A DNA stretch of 64,000 nucleotides from an uncultured Eubacteriaceae bacterium. GTDB taxonomy: Bacteria > Bacillota > Clostridia > Eubacteriales > UBA1433. The DNA is taken from contig CAZOOZ010000001.1 of NCBI GenBank assembly GCA_964581565.1, forward strand, positions 131,470 through 195,469, written 5' to 3'. Each line of letters begins with the position of its first letter. Within the stretch, counting starts at the first letter, position 1. The notes under the pieces are model-generated. The model was not told where the DNA came from, made no database searches, and saw only the letters and a program-made list of their open reading frames with translations. Of the stretch, positions 56,607-64,000 are shown in pieces. Made by a program: the position numbers and the translations under genes.

Positions 56607-58188
56607 ACTAATTACACTGCTGCTTGCTGTCGTACTGGCTTTTTCGCTGGCGGCGTGCCAAAGCAGCAACGATGAAAGCGATATTTCAGAAATCATAATC
56701 GGCGAATCGGTGGACTTCTCCAGCTTCGATCCCATAGGTATCTATGACGGTCAGGGTTTTTACCATTATACCAAACTCGTCTATGAAACTCTCGTTGATT
56801 TTGAAGACGGAATTGCCGTACCTTCTCTTGCAGAGAGCTGGGAAAATGACGGAGATACATGGACATTTTATTTGAGAGAGGATGTGACATTCTCGGACGG
56901 CGAAGCGTTCAACGCGGAAGCGGTCAAACTCAACTTTGACACCATGCGGGAAAATATGATGGATTATATATCATACTATGGCGGCGTGTCCAGAATCACC
57001 GAAATAGAAATCGTTGACGAATACACGGTCGCTTTCCATTATGACGCGCCGTACTATGCTGTTTTACAGGACTTAAGCGCAGGGGCTTTTGGTATCATGT
57101 CGCCGAGTCTGTTTTCGGACGGCAATATCCCTTATAACAATGTGCTTACCGAAACGGCCGGAACGGGGCCGTATGTGATACAGGAAGGGAATTATACTGT
57201 TGGCGCTTCCTACAACTTTGTACGCAACGAAAATTACTATGGCAGTGCTGCCGGTCCAGATGGGTTCGCGGTTAAAATCATCACGGATGCCGACAGTCGT
57301 ATGATGGCGCTGCAATCCGGCGAAATCGACTTATTGTATGGTTCTTATCAGGTGACTTATGATATGTTTGACTATCTGGCCAAGCTGGATAACGTGCAGG
57401 CGGTGCAGTCCGAAACCACATATGCAACGCGCAACCTGCTGCTAAATACGACTTCCGAAATTCTGAGCGATCCGCTGGTGCGTCAGGCGATCCAACACGG
57501 CACCGACAAGGAACAGATCAACAGCACGGTACTGCACGGGATGGAGTCTGCTGCGGACACGCTGTTCCCTTCCACCCTGCCCTACTGCGACGTGGCGCAG
57601 GTCATCTATGACTTCGACCCGGACTTGGCCGCAAGCCTGCTGAGTGATGCCGGTTGGAGTGAGCTGAACGAAGAGGGTATCCGTATCAAAGACGGACAAA
57701 CGCTTTCCCTCGATGTGATTTATATGAGCGAACGCTCCACGGACGAGCAGATTCTCATGGCCTTCAAAGGGCAGATGGCTGAAATCGGAATACAAATTAA
57801 TATCAACGGCTATGAGGCAATGACATGGTGCGAAAAAGGGATGGCAGGCGAATTTGACATTACCGTGAACGATACCTACGGCTTCCCGCAAGATCCGCAA
57901 GTGTTCTTGGCTGCCATGCTGGATTATGCCGTGGATTATCCTGCACAGCAGGGCCTTGCGCAAAAGCCGGAAATCGATGCGCAGATCACGGTGATGCTGA
58001 ACACAACGGATGAAGCAGTGATCCAGCAAGCCTATACCTATGTGCTGACGACATTACAGGACGAGGCGGTGAATGTGCCGACGACAAATATCCGGGAAAT
58101 GGCCGTCTTCAATTCAGAGAAAATCAAAAGCGTACATTTTTCGGACGACCCAACCTGCTGCGATGTTTGCGGAATCGTACTAAAATAG
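56587..58188 (+). CDS. Family-5 (peptide/nickel/opine-type) substrate-binding lipoprotein
   Basis: Lipobox (FSLAACQSS), 533 aa, SBP_bac_5-like pattern (YTKLVYETLVDFEDG ... PSLAESWE ... DGDTWTFYLREDVTFSDGE). Confidence 0.85.
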   Translation: MKYYMSKLITLLLAVVLAFSLAACQSSNDESDISEIIIGESVDFSSFDPIGIYDGQGFYHYTKLVYETLVDFEDGIAVPSLAESWENDGDTWTFYLREDVTFSDGEAFNAEAVKLNFDTMRENMMDYISYYGGVSRITEIEIVDEYTVAFHYDAPYYAVLQDLSAGAFGIMSPSLFSDGNIPYNNVLTETAGTGPYVIQEGNYTVGASYNFVRNENYYGSAAGPDGFAVKIITDADSRMMALQSGEIDLLYGSYQVTYDMFDYLAKLDNVQAVQSETTYATRNLLLNTTSEILSDPLVRQAIQHGTDKEQINSTVLHGMESAADTLFPSTLPYCDVAQVIYDFDPDLAASLLSDAGWSELNEEGIRIKDGQTLSLDVIYMSERSTDEQILMAFKGQMAEIGIQININGYEAMTWCEKGMAGEFDITVNDTYGFPQDPQVFLAAMLDYAVDYPAQQGLAQKPEIDAQITVMLNTTDEAVIQQAYTYVLTTLQDEAVNVPTTNIREMAVFNSEKIKSVHFSDDPTCCDVCGIVLK

Positions 58189-58251
58189 AAATCCCGATCG
58201 GAGCGGTGAAAATCCGGTTCGGGGTGGTATAAAACCAAACATACCGTTAGA

Positions 58252-58283
58252 ATGGGCATTGAGGGATTGATGCCCATTTTTTT
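58252..58283 (+). terminator. Intra-locus rho-independent terminator immediately upstream of the exporter-fold ABC genes
   Basis: Perfect 8-bp stem ATGGGCAT / ATGCCCAT, then TTTTTTT, then AAGGAGG and the ATG at 58299. Confidence 0.7.
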
Positions 58284-58298
58284 AAGGAGGCAATCAGG

Positions 58299-60080
58299 AT
58301 GACTAAGCGAAATAGAAAAAAGGGGCTTTGGGCGATTATGGCCCCGGTAAGTCGCTATGTCAAAGCGGCCATAGGCCTTTCGGCATTCGGTGGGATAAGC
58401 GCACTTTTCGGGTATGTTTTTTTGGCGTACGTGCTTTCAATCGCCACAGGCGGAAGCATAGCATTTTTCGGACTGACATTGCGTTTTAACCAGGCGTTTT
58501 TGATACTGGCGCTGGTGGTGATCCTTTCCTTCGTGATTAAATATTATTCGACTGTCGTATCACATCTCGGCGCTTTTAAGCTTGAGGAGATATTAAGAAC
58601 GGATATCACCGCGCATCTGGCAAAGGTGCCGTTGGGATACGTCATTTCCACAGGCACAGGGGCATTTAAAAAAGTCCTGCTGGATGACGTCAAAAATCTT
58701 CACGCTTTCGTCGCGGATAGTACGCCGATGATCGGCAGGAGCATCGCCACACCTGCTGCGTCCCTCGCCGCCCTTATCATCATTGATTACAGGTTGGCGG
58801 TTATCGCTTTGAGCGTATTGCTGCTCGGCGCCGCAATCATGTATTTTGCTATGAAGGATGAAGCCAGCCGCAGGAGCAAATATGAGCAAAGCCAGTCGGA
58901 TATCAATAAAGCGGTGATCGAGTTTGTTCAGGCGATGCCGGTTGTCAGGACGTTTGACGACGGCACGACTTCTTTTAAGCGCTATAATAAAGCGCTTCAT
59001 CGATACCGTATCCATTTGAAAGCATGGATCGCGGCGACAAGCACACCTGCCAGAATCTCCATGATTATACTAAGCCCGATGCCGACACTGATTGCGGTCA
59101 CGATAGCGGGTATCTTTTTTGTGTCGGGCGGCAGTTTATCGTTTGCCGTTTTCATTGCCGCGTTGCTGGTCAGCACCGGCATGGCGGATGTTTTGATGCC
59201 GCTGATGTGGGCGAGCGAGTTCATCAAAATATCTCAGGCGGCAGCCGTCAGGATCCATGAAATTATGGATTTGCCCGAACTTAGAAGCGCTTCGGCTTTT
59301 CAAAAACCAACAAAGTTTGATGTCGTTTTTGACAACGTTTCATTTAAGTATAATGAAAAAGATCCATACGCGTTAAAGAATATCAGCTTCAGTGTCCTGC
59401 AAAACACGATCACAGCACTCGTGGGACCAAGCGGTGCCGGGAAAAGTACCGTTGCAAAGCTCATCCCCAGGTTCTGGGACGTGACGGAAGGCAGCATAAA
59501 AATAGGCGGTATAAATATAAGGAATATGGATGCGGCGGCGCTCATGGATACCGTTTCATTCGTTTTTCAGGATACGTTTTTATTCAATGATACGCTTGCG
59601 AACAATATCAAAATCGCCAATGACAATGTAACATATGAATCCATGATAGAGGCTGCAAAAGCAGCGCAGATTCATGATTTTATCATGACCTTGCCGGGCG
59701 GATACGAAACAATGGCCGGAGACAGAGGCACAAGCCTATCCGGCGGCCAGAAGCAAAGGATTACGATTGCGAGAGCCATTTTAAGAAACGCCCCGATTAT
59801 TGTCCTTGATGAAGCGACGGCCTTTACTGACCCCGAGAACGAAGAAGAGATCATCAAAGCGCTGTCCAACCTGATGAAAAACAAAACAGTCATCGTTATC
59901 GCGCACAGGCTTTCGACGATTAGGAACGTAGAGCAAATCGTGGTTTTTGATCAGGGAGAGATATCAGAGATAGGTCAGCATGATGAGCTGTTAAAAAAAC
60001 GGGGGATATACGAGAAACTGTGGCGCAATTTTGACAAAGCGCAGAATTGGGATTTACACCATATGGGAGATATAAAATGA
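58299..60080 (+). CDS. ABC half-transporter, fused TMD-NBD (type I exporter fold), subunit 1
   Basis: 6 TM segments plus an NBD with Walker A GPSGAGKST, signature LSGGQKQRITIARA and Walker B IVLDEATAFTD. Confidence 0.88.
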   Translation: MTKRNRKKGLWAIMAPVSRYVKAAIGLSAFGGISALFGYVFLAYVLSIATGGSIAFFGLTLRFNQAFLILALVVILSFVIKYYSTVVSHLGAFKLEEILRTDITAHLAKVPLGYVISTGTGAFKKVLLDDVKNLHAFVADSTPMIGRSIATPAASLAALIIIDYRLAVIALSVLLLGAAIMYFAMKDEASRRSKYEQSQSDINKAVIEFVQAMPVVRTFDDGTTSFKRYNKALHRYRIHLKAWIAATSTPARISMIILSPMPTLIAVTIAGIFFVSGGSLSFAVFIAALLVSTGMADVLMPLMWASEFIKISQAAAVRIHEIMDLPELRSASAFQKPTKFDVVFDNVSFKYNEKDPYALKNISFSVLQNTITALVGPSGAGKSTVAKLIPRFWDVTEGSIKIGGINIRNMDAAALMDTVSFVFQDTFLFNDTLANNIKIANDNVTYESMIEAAKAAQIHDFIMTLPGGYETMAGDRGTSLSGGQKQRITIARAILRNAPIIVLDEATAFTDPENEEEIIKALSNLMKNKTVIVIAHRLSTIRNVEQIVVFDQGEISEIGQHDELLKKRGIYEKLWRNFDKAQNWDLHHMGDIK

Positions 60081-61846
60081 ATAAACTTAAGTTTACATCT
60101 GTTTTCAACATTTACAAATTGACGCTGGAACTGGCGGGAGAAAAAGCGGACAGCTTCAAAAGAAGCATGATCTGGTTTACAATTGCTTTTGTGCTGCAGG
60201 GGTTTGCATTCGGGTTGTTTTATCCGCTTTTAACACGCCTGTTTGCCGAATCTGTCGTGATGATGGATATATGGCCTTATCTTGGGCTGATGGTTCTTTT
60301 CAGCACTATATCTTCTGCGGCAAAATGGAAAGGGTATGATTTTGATTATACGGGCAACATCGTCGATATCACGCACGACTTGAGAACAAAGCTGGGCGCC
60401 AGCCTGAGAAGGATGCCTCTAGAGAAATTATCCGACTATAAAACGGGCGAGCTGAACGCCATATTTTCAAGCAATGTGGATGATTCCGTATTACACATGG
60501 GCTCGGTTGCCGCCATGCTATTGGAGCTGGTGATCGTTCCGGTTATAATCGCTGCCGTGACTTTTTTCGTCGATTGGCGGCTAGCCCTTTTAATGCTGCT
60601 GCTTTTTCCGCTGGCCATACCGATCTGCCGCTGGATGAGGAAGCTTGCCCTTGATGAGAAGACAGAGCTGGCCCTTGCCAATGCGGCGCTTGAATCGGGA
60701 TTTATCGAGTATATTCAGGGGCTGCCGGTGCTAAGAGCCGTCAACAAAACGGGCATCAATGCGCAGAACCTGCAGGGGTCTATCAAGTATGTCAGGTCGG
60801 TGCAAAAGCAGGGCCTTTATAAGCAGCAGTTTCCATTTGTTTTAATGGGTGTTTTGATGGAGGCAATACTCCTCATCATTTTATTGGTTGGAGCTTGGTT
60901 TGTTGGAGGCCATACTCTGGCACTCGTGACGCTGGGAGCCGGTATTGTGATTGTGGCCAGGCTGACAGAGCCTTTATCATTATTTTTGGGCGTTGTCACG
61001 CTGTTTGATTTGATGGATTCCTCGTTCAAAAGAATCAAGTCGGTATTGAAAACAGATCCGCTTGAAACCGACAAGCCCATTCAAACGCCCGAAAGCTTTG
61101 ATATAGAGTTCAGCCATGTGGATTTTACATACGCTGGACAGGATATAAAAGCGATCAACGATATCAGCTTTTATATACCCAATCGAACGATGACGGCTAT
61201 CGTCGGGCATTCGGGTTGCGGCAAAACAACGCTAACACGGCTAATGATGAGATATGCGGATGTTCAAAAGGGAAATATCAGAATCGGGGGAGTTAATATA
61301 AAGAATATGAATCCTGATGATTTGATGAAAAATATATCTGTGGTGTTTCAGGATGTATATTTATTTGACGATACGATTTTGAACAATATCAAAATGGCAA
61401 ACCCGAATGCAACGGATAAAGAAGTGGAAACAGCGGTGAACTCAGCCCACTGCCATGAGTTTATATCTAGATTGCCAGATGGATACGATACAAAGGTGGG
61501 CGATATCGGAGGAAGCTTATCCGGCGGGGAAAGGCAAAGAATCAGCATTGCGAGGGCTATTTTAAAAAATGCGCCTATTGTGATTCTGGATGAACCGACC
61601 GCAGCGCTGGATACTGAAAGCGAGGTGGCGGTACAACATGCGATCGATAAGCTTGTGAAGGATAAGACCGTTATTGTAATCGCCCATCGGTTATCGACGA
61701 TTGCTGGAGCGGATCATATATTGGTCGTGGACAACGGCGTCATCATCGAAAGCGGGAAACATGGCGAGCTGGTGGCAAAAAGAGGGCAATACTTTAATAT
61801 GTGGTCTGCACAACAACGAGTAAAAGAATGGCATATAGATTCATAA
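60077..61846 (+). CDS. ABC half-transporter, fused TMD-NBD (type I exporter fold), subunit 2
   Basis: The ATGA overlap gives the start MNKLKFTSVF. The NBD has Walker A GHSGCGKTT, signature LSGGERQRISIARA and Walker B VILDEPTAALD. Confidence 0.88.
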   Translation: MNKLKFTSVFNIYKLTLELAGEKADSFKRSMIWFTIAFVLQGFAFGLFYPLLTRLFAESVVMMDIWPYLGLMVLFSTISSAAKWKGYDFDYTGNIVDITHDLRTKLGASLRRMPLEKLSDYKTGELNAIFSSNVDDSVLHMGSVAAMLLELVIVPVIIAAVTFFVDWRLALLMLLLFPLAIPICRWMRKLALDEKTELALANAALESGFIEYIQGLPVLRAVNKTGINAQNLQGSIKYVRSVQKQGLYKQQFPFVLMGVLMEAILLIILLVGAWFVGGHTLALVTLGAGIVIVARLTEPLSLFLGVVTLFDLMDSSFKRIKSVLKTDPLETDKPIQTPESFDIEFSHVDFTYAGQDIKAINDISFYIPNRTMTAIVGHSGCGKTTLTRLMMRYADVQKGNIRIGGVNIKNMNPDDLMKNISVVFQDVYLFDDTILNNIKMANPNATDKEVETAVNSAHCHEFISRLPDGYDTKVGDIGGSLSGGERQRISIARAILKNAPIVILDEPTAALDTESEVAVQHAIDKLVKDKTVIVIAHRLSTIAGADHILVVDNGVIIESGKHGELVAKRGQYFNMWSAQQRVKEWHIDS

Positions 61847-61935
61847 GCCTATGGATACATTTTTACGACGTTACAGCAAACCAATTTATGTGATTTGCGC
61901 AAAAACAGCCTGAAATCAATCTTATCTCTTGCGTA

Positions 61936-62478
61936 TTATGCGTAGATCTTGATTCCTGTTGAACTCATAACGTCTAACGCGTTTTTATGCATAGCTTCGT
62001 CAAAGCTGGCACATGCTGAGGAATCGACCATAATGCTGCTGTCAAAAAAGCGCGACTGTAAAATAAATGCGTTGGCAATCACGCATATATTGGTCACGAC
62101 TCCGCATAGTTCGATTTCTTCTATGGACGATTTTTTCTGCACGGATTCAATAAAATCAGGTAGCATTGCTGTGCCGTAGGTGTTTTTGTTGATGAAATGA
62201 ATATGTTTATTCTCCAAGTTTTCAAACTCTCTCATTTTGCCGTATAAATGCCAGCCTTCTTCGTTCAGTTGACAGTGGAGGGGAAATAGAGAGCCTTCTT
62301 TGCTGTCTTTATAGCTGTCGTCATGTGTATCCATCGTAAAAAAAACTTCATAGCCGTTTTGCAGATATGTTTTAATTTTATCATAAATTGTGTCTTCTAT
62401 GTTTTTTGCACCTTCAAATCCGAGGGAACCTGTCACGAAATCATTTTGGTAATCGACAACAATCAATATTTTACACAT
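61936..62478 (-). CDS. Isochorismatase-family cysteine hydrolase (nicotinamidase-like)
   Basis: ILIVVDYQNDF and ELCGVVTNICV (catalytic Cys) motifs. I placed the start at the ATG at 62478, after AGGAGAA. Confidence 0.8.
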   Translation of the reverse strand: MCKILIVVDYQNDFVTGSLGFEGAKNIEDTIYDKIKTYLQNGYEVFFTMDTHDDSYKDSKEGSLFPLHCQLNEEGWHLYGKMREFENLENKHIHFINKNTYGTAMLPDFIESVQKKSSIEEIELCGVVTNICVIANAFILQSRFFDSSIMVDSSACASFDEAMHKNALDVMSSTGIKIYA

Positions 62479-62507
62479 GATGTTCTCCTGTTTTTTAAAA
62501 TTATTTA

Positions 62508-63515
62508 TCACACCGCTAGCGAATCGGCGTTCTTGGGTTTAGTATCGGCGAATGAATGAAAAAATATTTTATATAAATTGACAGCACTTACCGTTACTTC
62601 GTTTGTGTTTATAAAATTTGCATAGTGATAGAGCATTATTTGAGAAGTGAATAGGTAGCGGATGATTTTAGTCAATAAATAAATTGGGATAAGGAAGGCG
62701 ATACCTATTATGCTTACACTTAAAAGCAAAGCAATAAGGATGATACACGCAATGCTGATCAAATTGCCGAAAATGAAAACAGATAAATTTGTCTTATAGT
62801 TGTTTTTTATTAAAACACATGAATACTTTAGCGCACCTATGATGCTGATATCATATAGCAGTGCCAGCATTTGCGTAAGCTGAAAAAAAGAGGCGAGAGC
62901 GATAGTTATAAGCAGGCCTATGATACTGACAGAGCAAAAAACAATTAAACTTTTACGGCTGATTAAAAGGCTGTCGCCAAGCAGTTTTATCGACATATCC
63001 TTAAAGTATATATATGGTTGGGCAGAAAGATATGCAATATAAATTGTAAGTAAAATGAGCATCGCAAGTAAAATAAATACACTCAAACTGACCAGAATTG
63101 TTTTGGGAAGCCGTTTGAATGAAAAACGCATAATTTCATTATAAGACAACAGGTGATGATCGTTGTAATAATTAAAGGACAGTATTGTAAAGATGTTTCT
63201 TATGAATAGCATAGAACATGAAATAACACAATAAATGACTGCGCAAAAAAACAAAGTCACAGCAATCCATGATCTTGGGATATCTTCCAAAGGCTTCGTA
63301 CTAAGCAAGGTGAGCAGATATTTTAACATTGGGATAAACCATGAAAATAACATCACAAAAATAAGAGTCGTAACGATCGAGGTCAGCACTCCCAACAGAA
63401 TGAATATTTCTTTTCTTTGTTTTTTTATGATGGCAAAGCTGTTTTTAAAAAATAATTTTATAAGTGCAAAGGATGAAGACGAATTATTTTTATGTAAGGT
63501 CAGTAATGTATTCAT
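62508..63515 (-). CDS. Polytopic membrane protein, unknown function
   Basis: About 7-8 hydrophobic segments and no recognisable motif. I placed the start at the ATG at 63515, 8 nt after AGAGGGG. Confidence 0.55.
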   Translation of the reverse strand: MNTLLTLHKNNSSSSFALIKLFFKNSFAIIKKQRKEIFILLGVLTSIVTTLIFVMLFSWFIPMLKYLLTLLSTKPLEDIPRSWIAVTLFFCAVIYCVISCSMLFIRNIFTILSFNYYNDHHLLSYNEIMRFSFKRLPKTILVSLSVFILLAMLILLTIYIAYLSAQPYIYFKDMSIKLLGDSLLISRKSLIVFCSVSIIGLLITIALASFFQLTQMLALLYDISIIGALKYSCVLIKNNYKTNLSVFIFGNLISIACIILIALLLSVSIIGIAFLIPIYLLTKIIRYLFTSQIMLYHYANFINTNEVTVSAVNLYKIFFHSFADTKPKNADSLAV

Positions 63516-63642
63516 TTTAAATGCCCCTCTGAAAAACATGCAGTAAAATATATAAATAAGTATATCACAAAATGTATAGTTTAAATGAATGAAAAATTTT
63601 ATTTAATAAATTTTTATGAATACATATTGTTTAAAATATATT

Positions 63643-64000
63643 TTAATAATAATAACGCCTTGCGAAATTGATGCAGGAATCCACATGTGAAATTGCGGCG
63701 TTTTGTGCCACTTCCGGAATACCTGATTCTATGCTGTTGCAGATTGCCAGATGCTGATATGCAATGGATGAAATAGATTTTATTTGAGGGGCTTTATCCA
63801 AATACAGCCTTGTTTTGGCAGAATGATAGCGCACGAGTTTCTCAATGTCTTCATACATTTTAATTAAAAATTTGTTATTTGAAGAAAGTATGATCATCTT
63901 ATGAAAGGGCACATCCAGCTGATCGAGTGCATCGAAATTTTTAGTATGAAACAATGTTTCGAATTTGCTCGCATAGTCTTTGAGACGCTTTATATCGATC
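63643..64000 (-). CDS. GntR/FadR-family regulator, C-terminal FCD-like domain; N-terminus lies beyond the window
   Basis: The frame stays open to nt 64000 (... IDIKRLKDYASKFETLFHTKNFDALDQLDVPFHKMII ...). The helical ligand-binding domain pattern includes conserved His residues. Confidence 0.6.
   Translation of the reverse strand, partial: IDIKRLKDYASKFETLFHTKNFDALDQLDVPFHKMIILSSNNKFLIKMYEDIEKLVRYHSAKTRLYLDKAPQIKSISSIAYQHLAICNSIESGIPEVAQNAAISHVDSCINFARRYYY

Noticed and set aside
53687-58029. Several 75-195-aa antisense ORFs inside the island genes (for example 53687-54055, 54188-54622, 56145-56498 and 57442-58029)
   Set aside because: Long stop-free antisense frames are expected in higher-G+C coding DNA. 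The products are R/G/P-rich with no motifs, and every one is nested in a confidently called ABC gene.
1-64000. Scan for CRISPR arrays, tRNA/rRNA genes, IS elements, integrases, and toxin-antitoxin or classic phage-defence genes
   Set aside because: I saw no regularly spaced repeats, no cloverleaf-like or rRNA-like segments, and no transposase, recombinase or nuclease-helicase defence signatures in any of the listed ORFs.

Overview
This 64-kb window comes from a low-G+C Gram-positive chromosome that looks like Clostridia/Firmicutes. Most genes have AGGAGG-type ribosome-binding sites, and the block ylxM-ffh-rpsP-KH-rimM-trmD-rplS-lepB-rbgA-rnhB (38.7-45.2 kb, minus strand) is typical of Firmicutes. 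Most of the window is housekeeping: an amino-acid ABC importer, ftsEX plus an M23 peptidase, an aconitase-family enzyme, rex, glnA, ilvE, proS, corA, zapA and rsfS. I found no tRNA, rRNA, CRISPR array, transposase or integrase.

Three regions stand out.

(1) 18.4-28.0 kb is a tightly coupled plus-strand operon. It encodes a cytidylyltransferase-PEP mutase fusion, a phosphonopyruvate decarboxylase and a LicC-like nucleotidyltransferase fused to an Fe-alcohol dehydrogenase. Three LicD-family phosphotransferase domains follow, one of them fused to a GT2 glycosyltransferase. An LCP-family ligase lies immediately upstream. I read this as a cluster that makes a nucleotide-activated phosphonate (predicted CMP-2-hydroxyethylphosphonate, since no aminotransferase is present) and attaches it to a cell-wall glycopolymer. 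This is the best candidate for a poorly described system.

(2) 51.8-61.9 kb is a visibly higher-G+C island with no mobility genes. It carries an AraC-family regulator, a peptide/nickel-family ABC importer (BCDE-A gene order) and a pair of exporter-fold ABC half-transporters. A conserved ~34-nt palindrome-containing leader occurs in front of both the regulator gene and the importer operon. This architecture suggests a horizontally acquired metallophore uptake locus.

(3) 0.6-6.4 kb holds a two-component system plus a MacB/FtsX-type ABC transporter. Its 990-aa permease carries a ~250-aa extracytoplasmic coiled coil, and ATTAAGA direct repeats lie in the promoter region.

Smaller oddities:
- an RNase HII-YraN fusion
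- a 12-cysteine protein of unknown function next to a large membrane-anchored beta-rich surface protein that is coupled to proS
- an E2/CAT-like acyltransferase whose catalytic His is replaced (DERICDG)

All calls rest on reading the supplied translations and the DNA by eye. No database searches were run.
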